A stretch of 32,177 nucleotides of DNA from sequence record SRR16203515_7748; one strand, written 5' to 3'. The position numbers were made by a program, and so were the translations under genes. Below are positions 1 to 9,172 of the stretch, piece by piece. Under the pieces are notes generated by a model, which saw nothing but the letters and a program-made list of their open reading frames with translations, had not been told where the DNA came from and searched no databases. Numbering within the stretch: the first letter of the stretch is position 1; every line of letters starts with the position of its first letter.

Positions 1-264
1 AGAAGCGGGTTGTTGATGTAGTCACACAAATTGACCACGGTCGCGCGCGGGCGCACGCGTAGCCCCCTTACACAGACTGAATCGATCAAGTCGCGCACGC
101 ACGCGTGAGGCAGACAAGAGCATAGTAAAGCACCGTTTCGCTCGCGGGCGCGCTCAGATTGCATTTTTCGAATACAGCGTCAGCAAAAGGGTGGATAAAA
201 AGGTGTATTAATAACCCCTAATTTAAATAATACTGGGAATGATCAATAAGGTGAACTGACTACA
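1..264. mobile_element. Possible edge (att junction) of an element integrated at the tRNA-Leu 3' end; no integrase in window
   Basis: Abuts the tRNA CCA end and shows no obvious terminator hairpin. Contains an imperfect direct repeat AAAAGGGTGGATA/AAAAGGTGTATTA (~185-210), an IHF-like GATCAATAAGGTG (241-253) and CGCG-rich repeated motifs (40-153). Inference only. Confidence 0.35.
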
Positions 265-351
265 TGGTGCGGCCGAGAAGACTCGAACTTCCACTCCGGT
301 TAAAGAACAGCGACCTCAACGCTGCGCGTCTACCAATTCCGCCACGGCCGC
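265..351 (-). tRNA. tRNA-Leu (anticodon GAG), CCA encoded
   Basis: Reverse complement is GCGGCCGTGGCGGAATTGGTAGACGCG-CAGCG-TTGAGGT-CGCTG-(long variable arm)-GGAAGTTCGAGTCTTC-TCGGCCGC-ACCA. It folds as an 87-nt class II cloverleaf. Confidence 0.97.
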
Positions 352-497
352 ACATGATAGTGGCACCCTGCATACCCATAAGATCGCACAATGAAAAGAG
401 GGCATTGTTCAGATTTGCGAAATTTGTATCCCCTGGCCTTGCAACCTGGCAACAAAGCTTTTTAATGCCAATGAATAAACAATGAGGCGTGCTTAGA

Positions 498-1178
498 ATG
501 GTAGAGTGGCGGGTCACACCAGGGTTGACGGATTATGAAGAGGCTGTCCGCGTTATGGAGCAGCGCGCCGAAGACATTGCCGCAGGCCGCGCCGACGAAT
601 TATTATGGTTTGTCGAACATTCTCCCCTATACACCGCAGGAACATCCGCAAAGCGTAAAGATTTGATCAGCGCAGATCGGTTTCCCGTCTATGATACAAA
701 ACGTGGTGGGCAATACACCTATCACGGTCCTGGACAGCGTGTCGTTTATGTCATGTTGAATTTAAACGAACGCGGGCGTGATGTGCGTTGTTTTGTGCGA
801 CAGTTGGAAAAGTGGGTCATCGACACACTGGATCAGTTCAATATCACGGGATTCATTCGCGATGGGCGTGTTGGTGTTTGGGTTGAGCGCCCTGACAAGC
901 CCAAAACGATTACAAACAAAACCGCCGAAGACAAGATCGCCGCGATTGGAATACGCTTGCGTAAATGGGTGTCGTTTCATGGTATATCAATAAATGTTGA
1001 TCCCAATTTAGATCATTTTGATGGCATCGTGCCCTGCGGGATAACGGAATTTGGAGTGACCAGTTTGGTGGATTTGGGACTTCCAGTTTCCATGTTTGAT
1101 CTTGATGTGGCCTTGAAGCAGTCATTTGTGCGTGTATTCGAGAGTGATTCTGGCCAAACTTGTGAAAATGCGCCCTAA
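498..1178 (+). CDS. lipB: Lipoyl(octanoyl) transferase LipB
   Basis: Motifs [45 protein letters not shown] at 498 (MVEW) preferred over GTG at 489. Confidence 0.95.
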   Translation: MVEWRVTPGLTDYEEAVRVMEQRAEDIAAGRADELLWFVEHSPLYTAGTSAKRKDLISADRFPVYDTKRGGQYTYHGPGQRVVYVMLNLNERGRDVRCFVRQLEKWVIDTLDQFNITGFIRDGRVGVWVERPDKPKTITNKTAEDKIAAIGIRLRKWVSFHGISINVDPNLDHFDGIVPCGITEFGVTSLVDLGLPVSMFDLDVALKQSFVRVFESDSGQTCENAP

Positions 1179-1239
1179 AAGAACTCAATAAAATCAATCT
1201 GATTGCTTTCAAATTCAAAAAACGTAATTTTTCTTGGCA

Positions 1240-1285
1240 TGCGGCAAATACTGCCATTGCCTGTTAAAAAAATGCACACTAAAAC
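1240..1285 (+). promoter_or_regulatory. Putative ctaD sigma70 promoter with an adjacent RegA/PrrA-like GC motif
   Basis: TTGCCT(1257-1262)-N17-TAAAAC(1280-1285). TGCGGCAAATACTGCC (1240-1255) lies immediately upstream of the -35. Confidence 0.4.
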
Positions 1286-1347
1286 ACGTTCAGAAGTTTC
1301 ACTGGGCGTAATGACTCGTCCTATTCGTAGTTAACAGGAGGCATATC

Positions 1348-3021
1348 ATGGCAGACGCAGCCATCCACGGCCACGAACATGAAGATCAGCGCAGCTTTTT
1401 CACACGTTGGTTTATGTCAACAAACCACAAAGACATTGGTATTCTATATCTGATCGTCTCTGCGTTGGTTGGCTTCATTTCTGTGGCATTTACAGTTTAC
1501 ATGCGCATGGAGCTTATGGATCCAGGCGTACAATACATGTGTATGGAAGGCGCGCGCTTCACCGCGGCGGCGACAGAAGCATGTACGCCAAATGGTCACC
1601 TATGGAACGTTTTGATCACCGGCCACGGCATCTTGATGATGTTCTTTGTTGTGATCCCTGCATTGTTCGGTGGTTTTGGTAACTACTTCATGCCATTGCA
1701 AATTGGCGCACCGGACATGGCGTTCCCACGTATGAACAACTTATCATTCTGGATGTATGTTGCCGGTACAACGTTGGCTGTTTGTTCCGTTCTATCACCA
1801 GGTGGTAACGAACAATTGGGTTCAGGTGTTGGCTGGGTTCTTTACCCACCCCTATCGGTGAACGAAGGTGGCATTTCGATGGACCTTGCGATTTTCGCGG
1901 TTCACGTTTCAGGTGCCTCATCTATCCTTGGTGCGATCAACATGATCACAACCTTCCTAAACATGCGCGCCCCGGGCATGACATTGTTTAAAGTTCCATT
2001 GTTCTCATGGTCGATCTTTGTCACTTCATGGTTGATCCTATTGTCATTGCCTGTTTTGGCGGGCGCGATCACAATGCTTTTGACTGACCGTAATTTTGGC
2101 ACAACATTCTTTGACCCAGCTGGTGGTGGTGACCCAATTCTTTACCAACACATCCTATGGTTCTTTGGTCACCCGGAAGTTTACATCATCATCCTCCCTG
2201 GTTTTGGCCTGATCTCACACGTGATTGCGACATTCTCTCGTAAGCCTGTGTTCGGTTACCTACCCATGGTTTGGGCGATCATCGCGATTGGTGCATTGGG
2301 CTTTGTTGTATGGGCTCACCACATGTACACAGTTGGTATGTCACTTACACAGCAGTCATACTTTATGCTTGCGACAATGGTAATCGCGGTTCCAACAGGA
2401 GTGAAGGTCTTTTCTTGGATTGCCACAATGTGGGGCGGTTCAATTGAAATGAAAACACCTATGCTATGGGCGTTCGGTTTCTTGTTCCTATTCACCGTGG
2501 GTGGTGTAACAGGTATCGTTCTATCACAGGCTGGGGTGGACCGCGCATATCACGACACATACTATGTGGTTGCTCACTTCCACTATGTGATGTCATTGGG
2601 TGCGGTTTTCTGTATCTTTGCGGGTATCTACTTCTACTTCTCAAAGATGACAGGTCGTGATTACCCAGAGTGGGCAGGTAAGCTTCACTTCTGGATGATG
2701 TTTATCGGAGCGAACCTAACATTCTTCCCACAACACTTCTTGGGACGTCAGGGTATGCCACGTCGTTACATCGACTACCCAGAAGCCTATGCATATTGGA
2801 ACGAAATCTCATCATATGGTGCGTTCCTATCATTCGCTTCATTCGTGTTCTTCTTTGGGATTGTGATCTATTCACTTCTTGCTGGTAAGCGTAACACAGC
2901 AGCGAACCCATGGAATGAGTATGCAGATACATTGGAGTGGACATTGCCTTCACCACCCCCAGAGCATACATTCGAAATTCTTCCAAAGCAGGAAGATTGG
3001 GATAAGCAACCCTCTCACTAA
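1348..3021 (+). CDS. ctaD: aa3-type cytochrome c oxidase subunit I (type A1)
   Basis: [35 protein letters not shown] motifs. Strong RBS AGGAGG. Codon usage looks biased as in highly expressed genes. Confidence 0.98.
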   Translation: MADAAIHGHEHEDQRSFFTRWFMSTNHKDIGILYLIVSALVGFISVAFTVYMRMELMDPGVQYMCMEGARFTAAATEACTPNGHLWNVLITGHGILMMFFVVIPALFGGFGNYFMPLQIGAPDMAFPRMNNLSFWMYVAGTTLAVCSVLSPGGNEQLGSGVGWVLYPPLSVNEGGISMDLAIFAVHVSGASSILGAINMITTFLNMRAPGMTLFKVPLFSWSIFVTSWLILLSLPVLAGAITMLLTDRNFGTTFFDPAGGGDPILYQHILWFFGHPEVYIIILPGFGLISHVIATFSRKPVFGYLPMVWAIIAIGALGFVVWAHHMYTVGMSLTQQSYFMLATMVIAVPTGVKVFSWIATMWGGSIEMKTPMLWAFGFLFLFTVGGVTGIVLSQAGVDRAYHDTYYVVAHFHYVMSLGAVFCIFAGIYFYFSKMTGRDYPEWAGKLHFWMMFIGANLTFFPQHFLGRQGMPRRYIDYPEAYAYWNEISSYGAFLSFASFVFFFGIVIYSLLAGKRNTAANPWNEYADTLEWTLPSPPPEHTFEILPKQEDWDKQPSH

Positions 3022-3038
3022 GGGCACTGCAAACGAAT

Positions 3039-3068
3039 AAAAAACCCCCGCATCAGCGGGGGTTTTTT
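3039..3068. terminator. Bidirectional intrinsic terminator between ctaD and the Ldh_2 gene
   Basis: AAAAAA-CCCCCGC-ATCA-GCGGGGG-TTTTTT: perfect hairpin with tails on both sides, between convergent genes. Confidence 0.92.
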
Positions 3069-3087
3069 GTTACTTAGAGACGTGGGA

Positions 3088-4092
3088 TTAGTCGAGCATC
3101 GCTTGGATACCAGCGATGTATTGAGAGGCCACGTTCAAACCCTCTACCCGCGCTTGTGTGCGCATCTCAATCCGTCGCGTCCCCGGAAGCCGTGCACCAG
3201 GTGTTTCAGAAATATCATTCAATAAGGCTTCAATTCGGGAGGTGAAGTCGCTTATGTCATTGGGCTTGATCGCGATCAGGAACTGCCCCGCATTCGCCGA
3301 TGGACCAGATGACGCAAAAAACGATGGCATATCGGCCGATGTATTCGCGCCCGTCAAACTGGCCGCCAAAATTTCAACCATTAATGCAAGCGCGGTGCCC
3401 TTGGCCTCTCCAATCGGAACCATTGTTCCTCCATCCAATGCAGCGTTTGGATCGGTTGTTGGCCGCCCATCTTTATCCAAGGCCCAACCCTCGGGGATAA
3501 CTTGGCCTGTTTTCTTGGCGTTCATCACCTTACCGCGTGCAACGACGGACAGGGATAAATCAATGACTAGTGGATCCTGACCCGTGCGAGGGGCTGCAAA
3601 TGCGATCGGGTTCGTCCCGTATAGCGGTCTGTCGCCCCCCCATGGCGCAATCGCCGCAGGGGTGTTTGCCACCATAATCCCGATCAAACCCTGCATGGCC
3701 AACTTTTCTACATGACTGGCAAGCGTTCCGCAGTGATTTGATTGGGACACCGCAATTGCCACGCATCCTGTTGCCTCCGCCATCTGAGTCGCATGATCAA
3801 TTGCAAATTCCAATGCAGGATAGGCAAATCCGTTATCTGCTGACACATGCAGATAACTGGGGGATCGTGACATCACCGATGGGACTGCATTTGCGTTTAT
3901 CTTACCGCTTTTCATTTGTGCGATATAGTCGCCAACACGGGAAAACCCGTGTCCCACCTGCCCTTCGGCCTCTGCCATGACCAGCGCACGTGCAACGCTC
4001 TGTGCGCTCTGCTCATTCAAACCACTTGCGACGAATGCATTTTGCACCAATTCCAATGCGGCATCGATGCCTATGTTCGTTTTATCCTGCAT
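3088..4092 (-). CDS. Ldh_2 family (malate/L-lactate/L-sulfolactate dehydrogenase, ComC-like) oxidoreductase
   Basis: Motifs GHGFSR, SNHCG, GTNPIAFAAP, DLSLS, GWALD, KGTALALMVEIL, RLPG. ATG at 4092 follows GGGAAAG; alternative GTG at 4104. Confidence 0.88.
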   Translation of the reverse strand: MQDKTNIGIDAALELVQNAFVASGLNEQSAQSVARALVMAEAEGQVGHGFSRVGDYIAQMKSGKINANAVPSVMSRSPSYLHVSADNGFAYPALEFAIDHATQMAEATGCVAIAVSQSNHCGTLASHVEKLAMQGLIGIMVANTPAAIAPWGGDRPLYGTNPIAFAAPRTGQDPLVIDLSLSVVARGKVMNAKKTGQVIPEGWALDKDGRPTTDPNAALDGGTMVPIGEAKGTALALMVEILAASLTGANTSADMPSFFASSGPSANAGQFLIAIKPNDISDFTSRIEALLNDISETPGARLPGTRRIEMRTQARVEGLNVASQYIAGIQAMLD

Positions 4093-4215
4093 CTGCTTTC
4101 CCACTGATTTCTGTTTCTGTCACCTTAGAAAGAGACAGCGCAAAACGCGACAAATTTCCATCTTTCCTTCGTGGAAATTGCACCTAAGTTCGCCATACGG
4201 AAAGAGAGTGGAAAA

Positions 4216-4719
4216 ATGCCTTACGAGTGGACAAAGAAACCAAGTAGTCAGACATCCGAACAATTGGATCTGTGGCCATTCAGTTCGCTGCCACATCGCG
4301 GATTTGCAAGCTTTATCATGACAACCTTTGTTCTGATCACCTTGCCACTTTATGTCCTGATCGGAACGATCCTGTTTTGGGCCCTACTGCCATTCTTGAT
4401 GATCACAGTCGGGGCCATATATTTTGCAATCCGTAAAAATTTTCGGGACAGATCCATCATTGAACGACTGACCCTAGACACAGAACAATTCCATCTTCTG
4501 AGACAAGAGGCGAATGGTGAACAAAAGGATTGGGAATGCAATGCCTATTGGGCGCGCGTTCATATGCATGAAACGGGCGGACCTGTTCCACATTATGTCA
4601 CCCTAAGTGGCAATGGACGCGAAGTGGAAATCGGCGCATTTCTTTCAGAAGATGAACGCGTCGAATTATTTTCCGAATTACAGGGACGCTTTAACGATTA
4701 TCGAAACCGTTTAACTTGA
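4216..4719 (+). CDS. DUF2244-like integral membrane protein
   Basis: Starts MPYEW, then LWPFSSLPHRGF, two TM helices and C-terminal REVEIGAFLSEDER, typical of this family. Confidence 0.8.
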   Translation: MPYEWTKKPSSQTSEQLDLWPFSSLPHRGFASFIMTTFVLITLPLYVLIGTILFWALLPFLMITVGAIYFAIRKNFRDRSIIERLTLDTEQFHLLRQEANGEQKDWECNAYWARVHMHETGGPVPHYVTLSGNGREVEIGAFLSEDERVELFSELQGRFNDYRNRLT

Positions 4720-5172
4720 TAGCTTCGCTTTGACTTTGGCACCAACTGAACCGAAATCCGTTTGGCCTGTGTATTTGCTCTTAAGCTCGCCCATAACCTT
4801 ACCCATGTCGCGAATAGATGCGGCACCTACCGTTGTAATGGCCGCGTCGATTGCTGTGTTCACTTCATCGTCATCCAACTGACGGGGCAGGAATTCTTCA
4901 ATAACTGCAATTTCTTCTAACTCACGTTCGGCCAGATCGATACGCCCAGCCTCTTCATAGGTTTTTGCACTTTCACTGCGTTGGCGTGTCATTTTACCCA
5001 GAATCGCCAGTAACTCATCATCACCGACACCCTCATCATTGCCTTCAGCGCGCGCGGCAATATCGCGATCTTTGATCGCCGCACTAATAAGACGTAATGT
5101 CGACAGACGGTTAGCCGCCTTATCCTTCATCGCTTGCTTTGTTGCTGCCATGATTGATGCGCGCAAATCCAT
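4711..5172 (-). CDS. yqeY: GatB/YqeY domain protein
   Basis: KQAMK..RLSTLRLI, YEEAGRIDLAERE..EI.VIEEFLP.QL, DMGKVMG. Confidence 0.92.
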   Translation of the reverse strand: MDLRASIMAATKQAMKDKAANRLSTLRLISAAIKDRDIAARAEGNDEGVGDDELLAILGKMTRQRSESAKTYEEAGRIDLAERELEEIAVIEEFLPRQLDDDEVNTAIDAAITTVGAASIRDMGKVMGELKSKYTGQTDFGSVGAKVKAKLSS

Positions 5173-5263
5173 GATCCCACTCCTAGGAATTAGGGTTAAG
5201 TTAGGCTACGACACTACTCAAAACTTCGAGTTTGGGCAAGCTGATATTCTCATCAATGCCTGC

Positions 5264-5292
5264 TTGACCCCAACCCAGCTTCACACTAGGTT
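5264..5292 (+). promoter_or_regulatory. Putative sigma70 promoter of carA
   Basis: TTGACC-N17-TAGGTT, ending 32 nt before the ATG. Confidence 0.55.
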
Positions 5293-5324
5293 GCCGCCAA
5301 TTTGCACTCCAGAGAGTCGAGAGT

Positions 5325-6473
5325 ATGGCATCAGAAACCGCATCAAAACCAACCGCATGTTTGGCACTAGCCAATGGAACATTATTTTATGGAAATGGAT
5401 TTGGAGCGACGGGGCAAACAGTTGCCGAACTGTGTTTCAACACAGCCATGACGGGTTACCAAGAAATCATGACGGATCCGTCGTATGCGGGTCAGATCGT
5501 GACCTTCACATTTCCACACATTGGCAACACAGGCGTGACCGATGAGGACGATGAAACAGCCGATCCCGTGGCCGAGGGCATGGTGGTCAAATGGGACCCG
5601 ACCGAGCCATCGAACTGGCGTGCCCAATCCCACCTGTCCGGTTGGTTGGCCCGTCGCGGTCGCATCGCCATCGGGGGCATTGATACGCGCCGCCTGACAC
5701 GCGCGATCAGAATGCAGGGTGCACCACATTGCGCGTTGGAACATGATCCAGAAGGCAACTTTGACACCGAAGCATTGGTTGCCGCCGCGAAATCATTTAT
5801 CGGCCTTGAGGGGCTTGACCTGGCCAAGGATGTGACATGCGCGCAGGGTTATCATTGGAACGAAATGCGCTGGGCATGGCCCGATGGGTATCGGCCGCAA
5901 ACAAATGCGAAACATAAAGTTGTTGCATTAGATTTCGGTGCAAAACGAAACATTTTACGTTGCTTGGCGTCCGTGGGATGCGATGTAACGGTATTGCCCG
6001 CAACTGCCACCGCGGAAGAGGTATTGGCCCACAACCCAGATGGTGTTTTCCTATCAAATGGTCCCGGTGATCCGGCAGCAACTGGGGAATATGCGGTTCC
6101 GATGATCAAAACAATTTTGGACACAACAGATTTGCCTGTCTTTGGCATCTGCTTGGGGCACCAAATGCTGGCACTTGCACTTGGTGCCAAAACCGTCAAA
6201 ATGAACCACGGCCATCACGGTGCCAACCACCCCGTGAAAGAGCATGAAACAGGCAAAGTTGAAATCACGTCCATGAACCACGGTTTTGCAGTGGATGCGC
6301 AAACATTGCCGGAAAGTGTTGTGGAAACACATGTGTCCTTGTTTGATGGATCAAACTGTGGGATCCGCATGAAAGATCGACCCGTGTTTTCCGTACAGCA
6401 TCACCCAGAGGCAAGCCCCGGTCCACAAGATAGCTTTTATCTGTTTGAACGCTTTGCCGCGTCGATGGATTAA
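5325..6473 (+). CDS. carA: Carbamoyl-phosphate synthase small subunit
   Basis: FNTAMTGYQE..TDPSY, LSNGPGDP, FGICLGHQ (catalytic Cys), HPEASPGP. Confidence 0.98.
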   Translation: MASETASKPTACLALANGTLFYGNGFGATGQTVAELCFNTAMTGYQEIMTDPSYAGQIVTFTFPHIGNTGVTDEDDETADPVAEGMVVKWDPTEPSNWRAQSHLSGWLARRGRIAIGGIDTRRLTRAIRMQGAPHCALEHDPEGNFDTEALVAAAKSFIGLEGLDLAKDVTCAQGYHWNEMRWAWPDGYRPQTNAKHKVVALDFGAKRNILRCLASVGCDVTVLPATATAEEVLAHNPDGVFLSNGPGDPAATGEYAVPMIKTILDTTDLPVFGICLGHQMLALALGAKTVKMNHGHHGANHPVKEHETGKVEITSMNHGFAVDAQTLPESVVETHVSLFDGSNCGIRMKDRPVFSVQHHPEASPGPQDSFYLFERFAASMD

Positions 6474-7111
6474 TCGCTCTCGGCCAGCAATTTTAGACGT
6501 GTCGAAAACGCAATGGAAATATGCTGACGTAGGCACTCGTCTGCCTTATCTTCGTGCCCATGCATAATCGCATCCACAATTTCCTGATGCTCAGCCAAGG
6601 CAACTTCGCCCCGTCCGTCTGCGGCTAGCGATGTTGTTGCCATCAGGGCCATTGAACGATGCACCAAATCTAACTGCTGTACCAAAAACCGATTGTGCGA
6701 CGCCAAATGGATTTGTTTATGGAAACGACGATTGGCCCGCGATAGCGCACTTGGGTCGTCGACAATTTTGTCATCATCATTGACCATATCCTGCAGCACC
6801 CGTTTTTCCTCAATCGTTGCATGACGTGCAGCCAATCGGGCGGCCAAGCCCTCTAACTCACTGCGCACGACATAAAGTTCGGCCATCTGCGAATGATCAA
6901 GCGAGGCCACAATCAAGCTTCTGCCGTCCCGACTAAGCAAAGATTGTGTTTCTAACCGCTGCAATGCCTCACGGATGGGGGTTCGCGAAACGCCAAAACG
7001 ATCTGCCAGTTCGCTTTCAACAAGACGGTCGCCTGGTTTGTAGACGCCGATATCAATCGCATCTAGAATCAAACCATAGGCATCTTTGTTATTTTGTCGT
7101 ATCTGTGTCAT
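6470..7111 (-). CDS. GntR/FadR-family (FCD) transcriptional regulator
   Basis: wHTH PGDRLVESELADRFGVSRTPIREAL; FCD domain with NRRFH..I..ASHN and EHQEIVDAI. Confidence 0.93.
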   Translation of the reverse strand: MTQIRQNNKDAYGLILDAIDIGVYKPGDRLVESELADRFGVSRTPIREALQRLETQSLLSRDGRSLIVASLDHSQMAELYVVRSELEGLAARLAARHATIEEKRVLQDMVNDDDKIVDDPSALSRANRRFHKQIHLASHNRFLVQQLDLVHRSMALMATTSLAADGRGEVALAEHQEIVDAIMHGHEDKADECLRQHISIAFSTRLKLLAESD

Positions 7112-7205
7112 TGTACTCGTCCATTGTCTGGCGTTACCTTACGTGGTGTTTTACGTGCAAATCAAGTAACCCTTTCGCATTTTTGAATATGTTTAGGACA
7201 GCATT

Positions 7206-7853
7206 ATGCCCAAAAGTCAGTTTTCACATGTGTCAGAGTGGGTATTTGATATGGATCACACGCTCTATCCGCCGCACAACAAATTGTTCGATCAGATCGA
7301 AATTTTGATGGCCGATTACTTTGTCAAAGTGACAGGTTTGCAAAAACCAGAAGCAGACAAATTACGTCAATCCTATTGGGACAAATATGGGGCCTCATTG
7401 ACAGGGTTGATGCATCACCATGACGTCGATCCTGCAGATTTTTTGCGGGACGTACATGATATTGATTTTTCGGTATTAGACCCCGATCACGGGTTAAACG
7501 ACATTATACGCGATCTGCCTGGGCGCAAAATTGTCTATACAAATGCCCCGCGCGAGTATGCAGAACAAACGCTCGATCGGTTGCATATGCAGGATATGTT
7601 CGATGCAGTTTATGCGTTAGAGGATGCCGATTTGATCCCCAAACCAAATCAGGCGGCCTATGACATCGTATTGAATAAGGCTGGCATTGATCCTGCTCGC
7701 GCCGCCATGTTTGAGGACAGCCCACAGAATTTGCGCGTACCCCATAACATCGGTATGCGCACCGTGTTGGTCCATGGCAAAAGTCGTGACATCCATATCC
7801 ACCACCACACCCCAAATTTATCAAATTTTTTGAACCAATTGGTGACCGAATGA
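7206..7853 (+). CDS. HAD-superfamily pyrimidine 5'-nucleotidase-like hydrolase
   Basis: HAD motif I WVFDMDHTLY, motif II YTNA, motif III PKP, motif IV MFEDS..NL. Confidence 0.9.
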   Translation: MPKSQFSHVSEWVFDMDHTLYPPHNKLFDQIEILMADYFVKVTGLQKPEADKLRQSYWDKYGASLTGLMHHHDVDPADFLRDVHDIDFSVLDPDHGLNDIIRDLPGRKIVYTNAPREYAEQTLDRLHMQDMFDAVYALEDADLIPKPNQAAYDIVLNKAGIDPARAAMFEDSPQNLRVPHNIGMRTVLVHGKSRDIHIHHHTPNLSNFLNQLVTE

Positions 7854-7916
7854 CGCAGCAACCTTTTGCTTTGGCGCGATCTGGTCTAAGTGTGGGGTAA
7901 GCAAGAGGATCAGCAT

Positions 7917-9122
7917 ATGACAGATCATTCAGTGGACGTTGTTGTATCGGGCGGGGGCATCGCCGGCATGGTGACGGCAATCGCCTTCGCACAGGCGGGG
8001 TTTGACACCCTTTGCGTTGATCCGCAGCCGCCAGTGACATCGCGTGCAGCTGATGGTGCGGACTTGCGGACAACGGCATTTTTGCAGCCTGCCCGCAATT
8101 TTTTAGATGAATTGGGCATTTGGCAGTATTTTTCGCCTGAAACGATGCCATTGGACATTATGCGCATTGTGGATGCAGGGGGAGCGGAAAATCCGCCCCG
8201 CATGCGGGTTGAAAAAGAATTCAATTCAGCCGAGGTTTCTGACCTTCCGTTTGGGTGGAACATCCCAAACACCGCAGCGCGTGCGGCACTAATGACACGC
8301 ATGGATGATTTGGAAAAGCTGACTTTTCTAACAGGACACTCCTGCGAACGCCTGTTTACCCGAGAGGGCGAAGCGCGTGTCACACTATCAAACGGGGATC
8401 GCTATCGCGCAAAATTGGTTGTGGCGGCAGATGGGCGAAATTCCCCCATGCGCGAACAATCGGGGATCCCTGTGCAAACCACACGTTTTGGGCAAAAGGC
8501 ATTGGCCTTTGCCGTGTCCCACCCCATTCCACATGAAAACGTATCAACAGAAATTCATCGCACAGGGGGGCCATTTACCTTGGTCCCCCTGTGCGATCAC
8601 GATGGCATGCCCTGTTCCGCGATTGTTTGGATGGAAACAGGCCCCAACGCCCGCGCCCTATTTGAACTGGACGTCCCCGAATTTGAGGCTGCGATGACCG
8701 AACGGTCTTGCAATTTATTGGGGCCACTCACGCTTCTCGGGCGCCGCAGTCTGTGGCCCATCATTTCACAGCTGGCAGATCGGCTAACCGGGCAGCGCGT
8801 TGCATTGGTGGGAGAGGTCGCGCATGTTGTTCCCCCAATCGGTGCGCAAGGTTTGAACATGAGCCTTGCTGATATCCGATCACTAGTTGACTTGGCCGTA
8901 ACGGATCCTGCAAATCTTGGATCAAGTGCGATGCTGGATGCCTACCATAAATCCCGTTATGCGGACCTTAAACTGCGGGTGCAGGGGATTACGATGTTGA
9001 ACCGTGCGTCTATGTTTGATGACCAACCTTTGCGTGATTTACGGGCGACGGGATTAAACGCGCTATATGCGCTGCCGCAGGTGCGCAAAACACTGATGCA
9101 GATGGGTTTGGGGCTAAAATAA
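7917..9122 (+). CDS. UbiH/UbiF/UbiL-family FAD-dependent hydroxylase (ubiquinone biosynthesis)
   Basis: GGGIAG dinucleotide motif, VAADGRNS, GEVAHVVPPIGAQGLNM. ATG at 7917 follows GAGG. Confidence 0.9.
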   Translation: MTDHSVDVVVSGGGIAGMVTAIAFAQAGFDTLCVDPQPPVTSRAADGADLRTTAFLQPARNFLDELGIWQYFSPETMPLDIMRIVDAGGAENPPRMRVEKEFNSAEVSDLPFGWNIPNTAARAALMTRMDDLEKLTFLTGHSCERLFTREGEARVTLSNGDRYRAKLVVAADGRNSPMREQSGIPVQTTRFGQKALAFAVSHPIPHENVSTEIHRTGGPFTLVPLCDHDGMPCSAIVWMETGPNARALFELDVPEFEAAMTERSCNLLGPLTLLGRRSLWPIISQLADRLTGQRVALVGEVAHVVPPIGAQGLNMSLADIRSLVDLAVTDPANLGSSAMLDAYHKSRYADLKLRVQGITMLNRASMFDDQPLRDLRATGLNALYALPQVRKTLMQMGLGLK

Positions 9123-9124
9123 GA

Positions 9125-9151
9125 GGGCCGCCCGCAATCCGCAAACGGCCC
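9125..9151 (-). terminator. Probable terminator between the convergent hydroxylase and aminotransferase genes
   Basis: Minus-strand hairpin GGGCCGTTTGC-GGATT-GCGGGCGGCCC (with G-U pairs) followed by TCTTATTTT. Confidence 0.55.
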
Positions 9152-9172
9152 AAAAATTGCGTATCGAATATC

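Noticed and set aside
3..62. Open frame KRVVDVVTQIDHGRARAHA* entering from the left edge
   Set aside because: Could be the tail of an upstream gene, but 19 codons are too few to support a call.
40..210. Left-edge repeats as a CRISPR array
   Set aside because: The repeats are short, degenerate and few, with no constant repeat-spacer structure and no cas genes.
260..517. ORFs of 85 aa (-) and 73 aa (+) at the left end
   Set aside because: They overlap the tRNA-Leu gene and the lipB promoter region, and show no protein-like motifs.
1348..3021. ctaD without the other oxidase subunit genes
   Set aside because: Separation of ctaD from the ctaC-B-G-E cluster is the known arrangement in Rhodobacter/Paracoccus relatives.
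5039..5545. 168-aa plus-strand ORF spanning yqeY and the carA start
   Set aside because: Antisense to yqeY, out of frame with carA and crossing the carA promoter; most likely spurious.
5325..6473. carA without carB (likewise trkH without trkA, ilvC without ilvIH)
   Set aside because: Split operons are common in Alphaproteobacteria; the partners are probably elsewhere.
7139..7157. Direct repeat TTACGTG-N5-TTACGTG between GntR and the HAD gene
   Set aside because: Could be an operator, but it is short and does not match the usual palindromic FadR-type site; not distinguishable from chance.
7504..8151. 215-aa minus-strand ORF
   Set aside because: Antisense to two well-supported genes, with atypical composition.
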